DNA of 60,321 nucleotides, filler included, from Sphacelaria rigidula (GCA_964200075.2; 9 parts of 9 records of this genome joined end to end with filler, not necessarily neighbours in it), one strand, 5' to 3'; shown: positions 11,546-25,477, counted from the whole stretch's first letter. Program-made: numbers and translations. Notes: generated from the letters alone by a model not told the origin.

Positions 11546-12554
11546 GGCAGCAGAGTAAACTAGAAGAGAAAGCTTGGGAACGAGTGTTAATAGAATTACC
11601 CTAACCTTAACATATGCATGCCCGTCGCCCCCCTCCCCCCAATGACCACAACCTAAGTATATCGCCACGCTCGTGTTGCGGCGGGCTGCAGACACGATTA
11701 GGTGGTAAAACGACCTACAGCGTGAGAGAAACATGGCCATGGCGGCCGGACAGGCCTGTCCATCGGCGGATGCGGTGCTACCATCGGACGGAGAATTAGA
11801 CAACCACAGGGTAGCGGTGGGGAAACGACTGTTCGACCCAGAGAAGGCTATACCGTGCAGGGTCTACAGGAACCTGAACTCGGACGCCATGCGCATCGTT
11901 GACGACGGTAAGCCATCGTTTGCCTCTTGTTACACGTGAATCAGATGTTGTTTCACACCTTGCTCATACGCTAGGACGGGTCGTATCAGGAAACAGACTC
12001 ATCATGTCAACAATCGAGCACACGAAAGTCTTGTCTCTAAAATCGTTTCTTAACGTTCGCACTGTCTCCCGTTACGTGGCAAAAAACGAGGAGGAAAAAC
12101 AAGAAGGCGTCCTCGCGGTTCGTATTTTCACCACATGCCCGGGAAATCCGACGAGACGAGGAGAACTTTACGAGATGAGCCCTCCTGACAAACATAAACG
12201 ATCAACTCGTACTTTTCCGTCTTATTTTCTCATTCGAGGCGCGGCAAGATGAGCAACGCCCGCCACCGCTGAAGATGGCTCTACCCTCTTCATCTGCGAG
12301 GCTATCCTGACGGCAAAACGTATCAAACTACTGCGGATATATATAATTATACATATCGTTTCCGATGCTTCCCCCCCCCCCGCAATAAAATTAAAAAATA
12401 AGAAAAAAATGATTAAACAGACAAACGGTCGCAAACCAAACGGTCGTACAGCGCCCATTGTTTGGATTGGGCTGCGTGGAGGGCCTCGTATGACCGACAT
12501 TGGCGAAAATATACCCAATAAGCATGAAACCCCCAGCTGTTTGTTGCGCTCGGC

Positions 12555-13328
12555 TGTGGACATTTTGATGTACGTGTAGATTCAGCGTCCGGACTCCAGC
12601 CACATCTTGTCGTTATTGGGGGTGAGACCATCTTCCATGGCATTGAATCTCGATTTACTTACATTCAAATTCGCGAACTCCAAATTGAGGAGATAATTAC
12701 ACGGCACAGACAGTGTCGCAGATTCGTGAAACAGTTGTGTACACTGTGACGCTAGCAGGTTGCTAGTACTGCAGCGTCTGAATACTGTAGAGGGACTCCC
12801 CAGTTCCACTAGCCTCAAGGTCTCTGTTGTCAGCCTTCACAACACCTCATCATTACCGGAGTGAACACCTGCAACCCCGTACCATCAGGCCTGGGCTACA
12901 CAGCAAGGGTCATCATCCACAGGATGCCCTTGTCCCCTAGTTATCATCCAGGATCCACTAAATACTCAACCGTGACGGCGTGATTTCGCCACAGCACCCC
13001 CAAAGCGCGTTGGACGAGAATCGATCAACGAGCTTGATACTCAAAAATCTAACGCCAAAACGATTGAGCAAGTCACAACTGAATCCCAAACTCACGCGTA
13101 ATGCGAGCAGCAATGGAACGAGTCAATCGCACCTTACGTAACTCCTTCTTGAGAAATTCCGGAGCTGCCTCGAAAATATTTTTAAAAGGCTCCCACGTAC
13201 GCTCCTCAACTTTAAAACCTACCTAGCCGACTAATACGATCAATGTACGATCCTTTGCCTCTGCCACGCGAACAATCCCAGCCACCTGAAATTGCCCCAG
13301 GTTAAAAGCGTGCTGAAACACATCCTTC
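12555..13328 (-). mobile_element. 3' end of a chromodomain-bearing Ty3/Gypsy element
   Basis: 13327-13073 reads KDVFQHAFNLGQFQVAGIVRVAEAKDRTLIVLVG*VGFKVEERTWEPFKNIFEAAPEFLKKEL..., a chromodomain with the conserved Trp changed to TAG. A G-rich PPT-like tract follows, then an LTR starting TGTGG at 12993. The far LTR boundary (about 12555) is tentative. Confidence 0.8.
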
Positions 13329-13428
13329 NNNNNNNNNNNNNNNNNNNNNNNNNNNNNNNNNNNNNNNNNNNNTTAATTAATTAANNNNNNNNNNNNNNNN
13401 NNNNNNNNNNNNNNNNNNNNNNNNNNNN

Positions 13429-13520
13429 ACCCACATACACCGAAAGATGTAGACTGGTGCCCAGAATAGATGGGACGACAACACGACAACACACAAGTCG
13501 TCACTTGTAGGTGACGTGTG
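13429..13520 (+). repeat. 3' part of the SINE family also seen at 55340-55665
   Basis: CCCACATACACCGAAAGATGTAGACTGGTGCCCAGAATAGATGGGACGACAACA aligns with 55606-55660. Confidence 0.7.
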
Positions 13521-15593
13521 TATTTTCCATTGATATGATTCGTTGGATTACGGACCACTTCTGACGCATGTAGCGTTCAGCTTGCACTTTCTATGAATAT
13601 AGTACCCAAAATCGGCCTCCATTCCTTGACACTGTAGTAGTCTGCAGAGCACAACCTTGGAAAATAGAAAATTGTGTCAACGACAACAGCTCCAGCCACC
13701 TCCAGGCCGAAGCACAGGAAAAAGAGTGAATGCTGTAAGGGGCGGAAATCCGCTACGAGTACTGGCGTGGAACCCATTGTGAGATCAAGGAAACTTCACG
13801 TCATCATCTCATCCAGACAACGATACGTGGAGAGGTGAGGCCGATTGAAGCTCCTCCTTGTGTGGTAGTCTGGCGGGCGGTGGACACCATCACGTTCATG
13901 CGATGAAGGGCTCGGTTTTTTTTTACTTGGACCCTGCTTGGCCACGTGGTCTAACTATGGGATGTTGAAAATATTTGATCGATCTCGTTGGATGAAAAAA
14001 CCTTGGTGGTGTAGTGTAAGACCCGTCTTCTCGAGGAAAACGAGGATCGACAAGGCCACCCCCGATGAAGGGGGTGGTATATCCCGTTATTTGTTATTTG
14101 TTGTTCTTGCCACATGCAGGGTTTTCCGCGAAGACAAGAACAGTGCAGGATAGGACAATGCCCTCTGCGAAGAGTGGCCGATGCCTCCTGATGTGGTAAT
14201 AGACAGTGCTGCGCTCGAATACAAGTGGTTTTCACGGGCTACATGGTTGATCTCCGAGTGACTCTGGCCTGTACCTACGTGCAACCTTGCCTATGTTGCA
14301 TGCTCCACAGCAAGCTCTACTCGTGCTGTCAACATTTTTGCGCCAAAATATGAAATAATAATTTCTTTTGGAGCAGGATCTGACCACTTTCCCTCTAGTC
14401 CGCCCTGCTGGAGTGCACAACACCAGATATAGCGACGGGGAACTAGTGGCTGTGGTTAGCATTACATATGACAGAAGTTTAGCGCCTTGCAGCAGCTACA
14501 GCGTGCGTAGGGCCATGCGTCATGAACTAACCACCTCAACAGACTTCACGCCGACCGGTACACCACCAGTGGTCATGATCCAGAAAGGGTCGCAGTGCAC
14601 ACCCGTGTTAGTTTGCTACTACATCGGCCGCCCCGCTGCTCAAGATGCCGCAGTTAGTGGATCTGCGCGTGCATATATGTATTCACCTCCAATACACGAA
14701 GTCTGGACTGCGGGGTAGCCGCTTTGAGGGCGCATCGACGGCATTTCCCGAAATTGCCTGAGGCCGTGTTTTGTAATTTGTGCGGAGCCCAATCGAACAG
14801 GCACTTGGCGTATAGGTTGCCCGTGTTGTGTCCGACTAGTTCGCGCACGTTCATGACAGAACGCGAGGTCGCAGGCGAGAAATCCACAACGAAAGTCGCT
14901 CTGAAAATTGGGAGTTCACTGTAGGAATAAACATGAGATGCGCTTACGTAGCATGACGGTACGGGTATTGTATTACAGTACTGTCGAATGCAGTACAGGC
15001 ACTACATTGCACCAGCAATTATACTGCAGTTCATCATGGTCATGACGGACGTTTCAAATTTAAAAACCACCAGCTGCGCCGCCAGGCGTGCATGCAAACG
15101 ATCATGCCACTCTCATTTGTGCTGAAAGCAATTGAATTGCTTCTTTTACAGGCGGATTGCACACTCTATATACCACACCCATGCCGTGGTGACGAGCGGG
15201 AACGCGAACCGTGGCCACCAACTATCGGCGTACCATGGAGCCCGCAATGCACCCGTACCGAGCAACACCATGCAAACAACCGGATGCGGGGCATGATCAC
15301 ATTTTCAGCCTGGAACTTGCGCCGACGATCTAGCCACAAACATGGCTTTACAGATGTGCCGCGTGTTGGGCCGCAGATGCTTCCCAGGGAGCTCCTCGTT
15401 CGTGTGGATTATACCTACTCTAGGGATGCTCTACGCTCTTGTTTTAGACGATGACTCTTACCTGCATACATTTTTCTTTCTTTTTTTCTTTTGGTGCAAC
15501 ACTGTAAGGGCCTGTCTTCTCACTTTTTTTTCGATCGAAAAAGTGCGGTCGATTTTTTTTTGACGATCTCATAGGTCCACCGCATTGATGTTC

Positions 15594-15800
15594 CTCGAAG
15601 GCTTCAACTCAAGATTATAATTAGCGGCGCGCGGAGAAGACTGCAACAAGAGAAACAACACTTTTTTTCGATCGAAAACATGCAGTCAAAAGGCACAAAG
15701 CGGCACTTGACTCCTATCTTTCAGACCACCACGCCAAATAACACCTGTTCACATGACCATGCACACTCCATCCAACTCCTTCTCAGCTACCACCACAACC
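15594..15800 (+). repeat. Dispersed repeat, likely a non-autonomous DNA transposon segment
   Basis: Homologous to 42195-42420 (GAAGGCTTCAACTCAA...GGCGCGCGGAGAA...GACTCCTATCTT.CAGACCACC...TTCTCAGCTACCAC). TTTTCGATCGAAAA-like motifs recur nearby. Confidence 0.7.
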
Positions 15801-17773
15801 CTGCAGCATTGAGCACAAGTTGAGCACAGGGATAAAAACACAGCAGTGATCGGGTGTGCTTTGTTTATTTTCTGTTGGCAAAAACTTGCACATCTCTCAT
15901 GGTAGAGATCAGCGACGGAACTGCGTCGTACGGTGGGCAACCGAGTTGCGTTCACGCTCATGGACAATGCTTGCAGTACAAAGCTGCACGTTGCTGAAAT
16001 CAACTTTACATCGCATTGTAAGCAGAGAGAAATGATGGTCCTAGGCTATCTGCACTGCACGTTGTCTGCTTCTCCTTTATATCTTCCGGCACGAGACACA
16101 CACACGCACTCAACACACCCTGCTTGGAAGCACTGCAGACAGTACAGACTGTGTGTACCGAACACGAGTGACAACGTGCCGTTTCACGCTTTTCAGTGTA
16201 TTTTTTGGATCGAAAGCTCGAAAATTTGTCCGGACCCAACTGCATCAAAACAAAACGAGAAAATTTCGCTCAGATCGATTCCATCGCCCCATTTTTTCGA
16301 TCGAGAAAAGAAGTGCTAAGACAGGTCCTAAGCTCTTCAACCACCAGCTTGTCCCCGTCGATGGATAATGTTATTGCCTTCAGTCTTCCAGCCTGACAGT
16401 GACAGCCCGCCACTACCGTCTGTCTTGGTCGTTGCCGAGGTGTGAAGCGAACAGCAGAATCGTGTGTACGAGCTGTTGTTGCGGGCTGTACCTTCTTGTG
16501 GCATATATATGTATATACTAATAGTGCGTAGGTGAAGCACAACTGAGCACGGTGTGGCGGAATGATACGGGTCGTTCATCTTGTGCCAGGCTACCGTGGC
16601 CCAGAATCATGGAACACAGCGATCAACCATTCGAAGGTAGTGTAACGGACCCTACCATCTCCACATCTTAGCTTACTATTCTGACCAATCAAAGCTCTCA
16701 AAATGGTCACCCCGCTTTCCGCGGGCCTCTTTCCTGGCTTCGAGTTTTCCGCTGTAAAATTCCAAACATGCTGTGACGATCGATAACATCCCCTGGTGAA
16801 TGAGGTCCCTATTCCCCATCATCCCGATATCACCAACTCGAGGGTTGTGTCCTGAGCGCGACGTGCTTATTTTCCCAATCCCTGTTGGGACTTGTGAGTG
16901 CTGAGGCCACTTCTTATGGATAAAAAAGACAGTGTATAAAAAGGAGGCGACTTGGAGTTTTGGTGGTATATTAATGGTTGATTTTGTCAAACAGACTAAC
17001 GATATCGCCAACCCTAACCCCGATTCCGAAGTGCACCGTACAGCACAGTACAATCAGTACAGTTATGCCCGTGAATGGGGCCCGATTTTGGGCCCGATAT
17101 ACCCTGAAAATGGACTGACCAACTCCACAGTCAGTTGAATGCGGAAGAAATGAAACCTACATGAGTCAATCAGCATCAATCACAAGTACACGCGTCATTC
17201 GAAATGATGACGGCGCTGATACAAAATGTACTATTACTACAGTACATTCTACAACACATCTGTGACTGACGTTGCTCTACACCTGTACACAGGAGTATGG
17301 TAACAGGAGGATAGAAGCTGCTGCTCGTGTCGTTGATGTTCCCTTCTTGTTGCAGTTTGTTGTTGTGCTTATCTTTCAACGCTATTTTCTCGGCAACGAC
17401 GCAGAGGATTGGACTGCGGTTTGATGCGCGCGCTTCCCACACACCACAACGAGTGAATTTGAATTGGTTTCCATACGCGTGCCGCGGGTGAGGCCGTATG
17501 CGTGCTTCGGAGGACGCAGCACTTTGCAAACCGCTGCACCAAACACAGACTGTACTACAAAACGCGTTCGCTGCAACGTCCTGGGGTTTTTCGGATCCAC
17601 TGTGGCAATTTAGCAACTCCGCTTTTCAAAATCACCACGTCTAGTGTGTGTGCGGGGGACTGTGAAGTTCCAGAGGCCGGCTTGTTTCCTGTCTCGAGAT
17701 GATGGCGATGAAGAATCTACAGCCGTCACATACTAAACCTAGATAACTTGGGATGAAGCGTGTGTCATGTTCA

Positions 17774-18888
17774 GCAGAGTTTCGGCACAGGCCAGACGAG
17801 TCTATGACCTCTTCAATGCGTCTTCAATATCCGCCCGCGTTCATTATATTTTTGTGGGCAACGGATTCATGCTCGGTAAGGTCTTCATTCACAGGCCCAA
17901 CAGGACAATGTTATTTTCTCTGTGCCCCCCGCCGCATTCCTCCCTTCCGTCTGTGGGTATCGTCGAGTATCGGATTACTCCGCTGGAGAGCATCACTCTT
18001 TCCTCCCGCTCCCGTGAAAGTGACGCTTGATCGCCAGGGTGCTGTCTTGTGTTCATTTTTCACGTCAACATCTCTAGAGACGGTCGCCTCTTCCTTTCTA
18101 CCATAATAACCGGCCCTGAAGTTGAACTCTCCGACCGCTTTTTGGGTCATGTGGACTTTTCATTCGTTTTTCAAGTGAAAAGTATGCCGATACAACATAT
18201 GCCCGACCCTGGGGTGAATGAAGGGTGAGTGACACCTGTCCGTGTATTCACGACATACAAGCTCAAGTTGCAGAAGACGGATGGTGTAGAGGCGGTACGG
18301 CGAACATGGCGGTACCAGTGTAATCAACACCACAGACGAAGAGGAGAGCACAATTCGGTCACCATGATGTTGTCTATCCCAGTACACGCCATGCTCTTAA
18401 CCTTGGCGTCCTTGTGTGGCTGTGTACAAAAGCCGCGGAGTTCTCCTCAACAGAAAAATGTCTGAGTGTATCATGTTTGCACATGCGCACGCACCGAACA
18501 AAAGTTACTTCGCGACCGATTGAGACCCGCCCCTCGACGTTTCCCTCGCCCCTCGACGTTTCCCTCGGAGCCCCTTTTGGCTGTGATTATTTTTCACTCG
18601 TACTTATTGGGGTACACCATCAAGGGGTAGGTTTGATTGGTACACCATCGAGGGGTAGGTTTGATCGGTACACCATCGAGGGGTGGGTTTGATCCGGGCG
18701 GTTCTCCACGGTTACGTGCGCGATTCGAGCGCCGGTTGTTGCGTTGGGTGCTCACGACCCCAACGCAATGCACTGCAGCGCCCATTTCAGGGCACGTCCC
18801 GCGGTCAGACCAGTAAGCCGGAATTATACGTACTCAAATTATACGTTTTTTCAGGTTTGAGGTGTACGCCTTCAAAGCTGGAAGATAA
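17774..18888 (+). CDS. Possible terminal exons of an unidentified gene
   Basis: Exon-like ...ARRVYDLFNASSISARVHYIFVGNGFML|GTAAG (about 17774-17875), and a TTTTTTCAG acceptor followed by FEVYAFKAGR* (about 18855-18888). No family recognised and the linkage is unverified. Confidence 0.3.
18611..18694. repeat. 28-bp tandem repeat, 3 copies
   Basis: GGTACACCATC(A/G)AGGGGT(A/G)GGTTTGAT(T/C) x3. Confidence 0.9.
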
Positions 18889-20142
18889 GGCCGCGACCAT
18901 GGGCTGTGTGTGGATGGCCAGCAACAGGATGTAGGGTGTGAACAGGGAGGGTGTTGCCGGCGCGCGCGATCAACCCGTCAAGAGATTGGATTGTAAAGCA
19001 AGTGTATTTGGGCGGAGCATCTCGGGACGAAAAAGGAGAAGGACAATTTCTTTCTGTGGTCGTTATGTTTTCCTCGAACAGCGCAGTCACTTTTGTTCCC
19101 CCGATCAGCACCCCTAACTGTACTGTATTGTTATGCCCGTGAATGAAGGCCTTGGACCCACTTTCATGGCAAGCACGAATCTCGATTTTTTCGAAATCGG
19201 GGGGGAAAAACCGGGAAACGCATTGTATGGACACGGATTTGGACCAAATCAGGAACGAAAAAAATCGGGGGGTCACAATGTCGGAACGGTTTTTACCGAT
19301 CTTTCGAAAAAATCGGGGAAAATCGTTCCGAAATCGTGACTTCCTCCGAATTTTTTGAGGTGACGTACGTGCATTGACGTACACTGCCAGGGTACGAGGC
19401 GTTTGATATTTTTGCAGCAGCAGCTGAAAATAGTCTCGTGACAGCACAGGGCATGCCTACTGCCTGCCGCAGCTGCTGAAGCAACCTCACACGGGGTTCG
19501 ACAAGCGGATAATCAGTGCTGACGCTGTACCCTGCAGCGATGGTAATATTTAATGCTGCGCTGAGCTGCCATGTGTATCACTATGGCGAACGCTACTGTA
19601 CTCTCCTAGCTGTTGTCGCTGTGCTTGAGGGGTGATGTACAGCACTGCACTGCCGAAGTCTGCTCGCGCACTTTGTTCTCCGTTCTCGCAATACCGACTG
19701 TGCCATCATGTACTACCACACGGTATGATCATGTACTGTACTGATGAAGTGTCCTACACTGTATTACCCTAGTGTGGTGAGCCAAGCTCTTGGAGGCTTT
19801 TTGGTCTTGAACTGAACCAGTTCTAGTTTGAAAATATGAACGTATGCATCGGGGAATCGGGATAAAACATGATAAAATAATCCTTGTCCGGGGTACAAAG
19901 AAGGTTTTTGTGGCGTGTGAAGGCTTAGCGGACATTATTCCGGCTACGGGCAATGAGCACGCTGACGTATTCTATGTTGAAGTGGTAAAAGTAAGGAAAA
20001 CTTGCGTTCCGGATCGGAAGGTCAGAGCAGAAGGGGTATCTTNNNNNNNNNNNNNNNNNNNNNNNNNNNNNNNNNNNNNNNNNNNNTTAATTAATTAANN
20101 NNNNNNNNNNNNNNNNNNNNNNNNNNNNNNNNNNNNNNNNNN

Positions 20143-20335
20143 ATCTCGCCGTACCAACAAGACCGTTCATGGCCTTCGTCGGAGGACGGGGAACGGAGGT
20201 ATATACCGACAATATGGTCGCTCTCCACTGTTGGGCATGATTTGAGAAAAGCATCCCAGATCATGTGACTTCATCGAGATTCGAACCCGCGTCCCAACCG
20301 TCAGAGGGGTTCGAGGTTACCGACTGAGCCACCGG
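20143..20335 (-). mobile_element. tRNA-derived SINE, 5' part
   Basis: Minus-strand A box TGGCTCAGTCGG (20331-20320) and B box GGTTCGAATCT, followed by a body (CAGTGGAGAGCGAC...) shared with 55340-55665. Confidence 0.8.
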
Positions 20336-20713
20336 TGTGACCGGTGCATCCTGTGCAGACAGTAATTACTGTGTGGTATAGTACACCGTTCCACACGTTG
20401 GATTACGGCAACGTGATGCGCTCTTCTTCCGCGGAACTGGCAGTCGACAACATGTTACCGAAAACGGGCCTCGCGCGTAAAAGGCCTAACCTTGATTAAC
20501 CCTTTGACAGTTAGGTTAGGCCATCTACTGAACACACATCTCGTTCGCTTGAAAAACTAGTAAACCACTCAGATACCTACCCTGGCCTGTGGCGGTCAAC
20601 GGGATAAGACACGACCTGAACACAACGAGACAAGGGGCGCAGTTGGTTTTCGAAGATTTCATTTCACCAAAAATCGTGCACCTTGAGACGCCTGTTTTGT
20701 ACGCTGCTATCGA

Positions 20714-21183
20714 CCTCACCACCACCCCGCACTGACAAGGGGGTCACACTTGAGTGTTTCTCCCGTCCTGAGTAATAACCCAATGGGTTGTTGGTCTTCT
20801 GCTCTCCGTCTCTCTCTGTAGATATCATGGGCTGACCGAATGTGGGGTAGTACAGCAACGCTACATGACATCGGACCGGAAGATACTGTATAATAGTAGA
20901 GATCATCATTCACACCGAACCGGAATATCTCGTAATACCTGGTAAGTACTTGCTCCAGCTCGTTCATAGACGGAATTTGGGGCATCTCTGATCGGGGAGG
21001 CAATCTCACGCGTGCTTCTTCGGATACTGCTGCTGTGCCCGTAGCAGCTAGATGCAAGAAATCGCTCGTTCCCCGATGTCGCCAGCCCATTACACTACGT
21101 GCCCTGAAGCTGTTGCTACCGAAGGGGGTGGTATTCATCACGCAGCCAGCTGCCGCCGCTGCAGCTAGGCTTTGCAAACGCAT
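20714..21183 (-). CDS. Possible 5' exon(s) of a gene with an N-terminal targeting-like peptide
   Basis: MRLQSLAAAAAAGCVMNTTPFGSNSFRARS... is Ala/Ser/Arg-rich like a transit peptide. A downstream exon-like stretch ends ...PLSVRGGGE|GT. Splice sites are ambiguous. Confidence 0.3.
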
Positions 21184-22914
21184 GATATCGCAATGTGTTT
21201 TTGGCTTTACTGTGAAACGTGGAAAACTGTAGCTTGTACAGTGAAGGAGGAGTGCACGAATGCTCGCTACGGTTCCATGTTCATGAACAGTGAAGAAGGC
21301 AAGCGTTGCAAAGTACGTGTACATTGGAGTATGACGTGGGAGAATGTTGCCATTACAGATCATGATAGTGAGTGCTCATGAAACAGCAGCGGTAGTGGCG
21401 ATATCCAACGCTCGCTGGTACGTAGCCGCAGTCTGACCATTCTGGCGCACCCGCCACCAACTGTGGTAGTCAAGATCAGAATATAATCGCTATGTGAAGA
21501 ATATGGCACGGTCATTTGGGGATATAGAGTAGCATAAGGGCACAGGCCAGGCCAGGACTGTACTGCAGCGTTCATGATCTTTTGATTTTTCACACCGATT
21601 GTACCAGTTCAGAGAGTAGGGTGCAGTGCACGTGTGCACAGCAGCTCGGCAGCAGCGAGAGCTACCCGCACACCACCGCGCGTAGTACGTGAGGCGACAG
21701 CCTGCCCATAAAAATACTGTATGGTCTATGACTAGCGTATCGCTTGCATCAGCGAAGAGGGTACATTCCCATGTCGTATAAATACGCAAGAAACATGCGT
21801 TGAACACAAGGTCGTTCGTCGGTTTTATATACTCTGCAAGTATTTCCGAGCGAAAACCAAGGTTGAATTATGATGTGAGTCCTTTCATCGCCTGGAGATG
21901 GGACAACTATTTTAACTCTGTCGACCTTATCTAGAAGGTGAAAATGGTGCCGACCCAATAGATGGACATGCGGGGCACTGAATTGGTGGAAATTTATGGC
22001 ACGTCTACCCTATTATACATGCCGTGTCTGTGCGCCATATCAGCAACGCAGCGTCCGACATCATGATCACAACGGCGCAGTCGTACGATTTCTCATACAC
22101 AGTAATTCATGATCTCTCAACGAAAACAGTTCATCTTGCGCTGTACAGCAAAGATTCATATAGCTATCCTGTAACGATACATGTCAGTGCTGTGGCAACA
22201 TACCCTTGTCGTAAATTCATAGTCGGGAATGAGGACGAAACCATGACCGGTGACTATTTCACTCCAGTACAGTGTTTGCTAAGGCTGTGAACATCATTTT
22301 AGCGTGAAACGACGGCTACTACCAAGTGCCGGGTGCATGTACAAAGGTGCTGCACCGGGTTCCGTACGGAGGGAGTTATTTTCGATCGCGTATCGGAAGG
22401 GCAACGCAGAAAACGAGGCTTCTTGCAAATAATCTAACATCTGGTGGTGGCGCTTTCGAAGAGACACTCATCGCCGATTCGCGCGCTGCACTTGGTGGAA
22501 TCGAGCCCGAGTTGGAATAGAGCCCAACTTCGTTGAAGAAATACCTCCACAGATTATTTACACATATGTTTGTCCAAGACACGCTGTGTATGAGCGTAAT
22601 GAAGACCTAGCCCGACGGTAACATGAGTGAGCGGCCCCGAAACGTTCACGCCTGTACAGACGAATCTATGGTACCCTAGGCAGCGATATTACGGTGTCAA
22701 GAGCTCACGACAACAGAACCACTGTAATACCTCGGGAAGACGCTCTGTGTTCTTTTTATCAAGGGAGAAATACGCCTCATTTTGGGGAACCTTCAGCAGC
22801 AGGACTAAAATAGCGACCTTCCTCAGAAGGCGCGGGAGATTACCTCCTTCACCGGCCGCAAAAATCACCACCCCGAAAAACCCTACCAAAGACCTATCGC
22901 CATCGGTAACAAAC

Positions 22915-23350
22915 ACGGGATGTTACAAATTGGGGATGGACTGTTTGATTGAGGATGAGAACCTGGAGAATTTCAATCTTCGTATCCACACCAAATCTTC
23001 GGAATATAGTTCCATTCCTTCACCTACTGGTAGCTATTGACAACTACCACACGCCATACAACTTTGGATCCTGATAACCGGCATATTGGGGTCCTAGGTG
23101 AAGAAACGATTTTGGAGAATAAACATGATCCGATCAGATCGCCAAATTTCCTCGAAAAAGTTTTTCACCTAGGAACCCAACATTTCGGTTATCGAAATCC
23201 AAATATGTATGGCGTGTAGTAGTTGTCAATAGCGACCAGCAAGTGAAGAAATGGAACCATACTTTAAAGATTTGGCGTGGATACGAAGATCTTAGTTCTC
23301 CGGGATTCTCATCCGCAGTAAAAATCCATCCCCAATCCGTGAAATCCCGT
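22915..23350. repeat. ~440-bp fold-back (long imperfect inverted repeat)
   Basis: Arms of about 200 bp are reverse-complementary around a centre near 23135, e.g. GCTATTGACAACTACCACACGCCATACA vs TGTATGGCGTGTAGTAGTTGTCAATAGC. Confidence 0.85.
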
Positions 23351-25477
23351 CTCAACACCAATTCGAAAAGAACTCACGCGTTTCCGCGGGTGTTAGTATC
23401 AGATTACAAAGTGTCGGGTTGAACGATGCCATTGTTCGTCACCCATTGACTGATCCCCCGCGATCCCGCCGTAGTCATGGATTAGACGAACCCAAGATAA
23501 ACTAAACGAGAACACGTGCGAAGGGAAGCGAAAAATGACAACACTAAAAGAAGAAGAGCCAGTAAAAACAAAACAGGAAAAAGAAAAGAAGAGAAAGAAA
23601 AGAAAGAAAAGAAAAGGAGAAGAACAAGGGAAAAGAAAAAGAAAGCCAAAAAGAAAAAGAAAGCCCGTTCCAATGTAATATAGCCATACAACCAGAAATC
23701 GCCGGCCCCTGCCGCACGACTTCAGGAATAAAATGCCGGGCGCAAACCACACACAGCCATACGCAAAACGAAGCAAAATGCCGTGGGAGCAGACTGCGGT
23801 TCAACTACACTATTTGAGTATGACTTCTCACCCACGAGCCGTATGGAAGTAAGGCACAAGCTCGGCTGCTCTGTTACACTGAAACGTGGGGAGAGGAAAC
23901 AAACGCAAGAGAGATGGAGATACAAGAGGGACAATAGAGGAAGATACGGAAGCGATGAAAACCGAGGGCAAATTAGAACATGTACAGGATGTTAAAAATG
24001 AAGAACGGTGGCACCGTCCTCAAGAAATACTAGGACACGTTCCTCGGACGACACGCTCCTCCACGTGCTGCCACCGTATATTGGTGATCACATGCTTGGT
24101 CGACTTTGTCAACTCCGTCACGTGTTGTTTTTTAGCATATGTTACCGACGATGACCATATCGCAGGCTACTCACCTCTCGTGTAAAGTGCGCACCATAAT
24201 TGCTGACGTTTGTCATGATGTGTTGGTTCATGTCATAATCCGAAGACCACACGCAAGACGTAAACACGTGAAAAACAGGTCAAACCATGACGATAACACC
24301 ATAAGGCGTGAGCGAAAACACCATACCATGACGATATCGACCCAGCGCAAGTTTGTTGTATTGCACGGGCGATTGGGTATCTCACTAGGTCACAGATGAT
24401 GATGTTGAGCATGTTATGTCTGCGGGGAGCATTTCGTGTTTTTCGTTGTAAACGTCACGAGTATTCTTGGTTGGGTCGGTGATCTCACTCAACCTGGGCG
24501 GGATTTCGCGGCCAACAGAGGAAGTACTAACAGTCGCGTGTCTCCGACCCGTAGATAAAAGCCTTGGCAACTCACTGTGACAGTTTGAACCCGTGCCGGC
24601 AAACCCCCCACCGCTTGTGCGTCCGTATCGGAGGTATACGCATATTCCGGGGTCGCGTGGCTTGGCGTCAGCGAAACGCACACATCTCCATCAACCCCAG
24701 ACGATGTAGAAACCATACATTATCTCGATGTTGCTCTTCAGGTTGATTATTGTTGGCTATCACATGATTATGACTATTATAGAAGAAAAACGCTACGGAG
24801 AAGGCAGCATGACGGGAGTAGGGGTCAAACCCTCCGGCCAACTCCTGTGTAAGCTGCTCATACTAGCGATGTAGCGACGATGTTGGGAGGCCTGGAGATT
24901 CGAGCTAGTGACGTAAGAATATCTCTCATGACTACGAAATGCACAATAACAAGTCCACAGTGGAAATACGTATTTCACGAGCTCTGCTGTCGCATACCAC
25001 GCGCTCGAAATTGATGACAGGACGTGCGGGTTTGTCAACTTTCCATCTTGAACCGAGCAGAGTGAAACAAAGCAAAGGAAAGCAGAGCAGAGCAGAAATC
25101 ATGCTATAGACACCTGAGCACTTTTCAAGTGGATTCGTTGCCATATATGTCTTGCAATTTGGTATCACCGAGTGGATCGTGACCATCAGTACTCCCGCGC
25201 CGCGTGGACTCTTGTCAAACACCTTCTTTTTGCTACCCGTGTCCGCGCGTTTTCAACGACGGAGGATTTATCAAAAACACGACACGCATCTGTCTGGACT
25301 CCAACCCATCTTTTCCCGATATATATATAGTATAATGGTGAAGTTTCAACACTAGACCACCGCGGCGCGGGGGTCAGTCGATCGGTAAGCTCGTATCTTC
25401 TCGGGATTACGAATGTTCCTGTTAGGATTAAGAATGTTCCTGTTAGGATTAAGAATGTTCCTCTTGAAATCAGTTCG

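Larger units (their letters stand above)
7984..11580 (+). mobile_element. Decayed, 3'-truncated Ty1/Copia LTR retrotransposon
   Basis: 5' LTR at 7984-8403 (TGTTGGAA...TTCCAACA). PBS-like GGTTCTGAGCCT at 8404. Gag-like region 9055-9426; degenerate zinc knuckle CYSRGKPGHHMRGC; protease VDSCSSGHF; GAG-pre-integrase WHKRFGH...CETC; integrase LVSADLSGP...DHYTRF and TPQQN...LPKILWGE. Protease followed directly by integrase is the Copia order. Many frameshifts. Confidence 0.92.

Noticed and set aside
20270..20335. tRNA gene (also about 1210-1317 and 55350-55380)
   Set aside because: A/B boxes are present but there is no convincing cloverleaf; the 20270 and 55350 copies continue into a shared SINE body.
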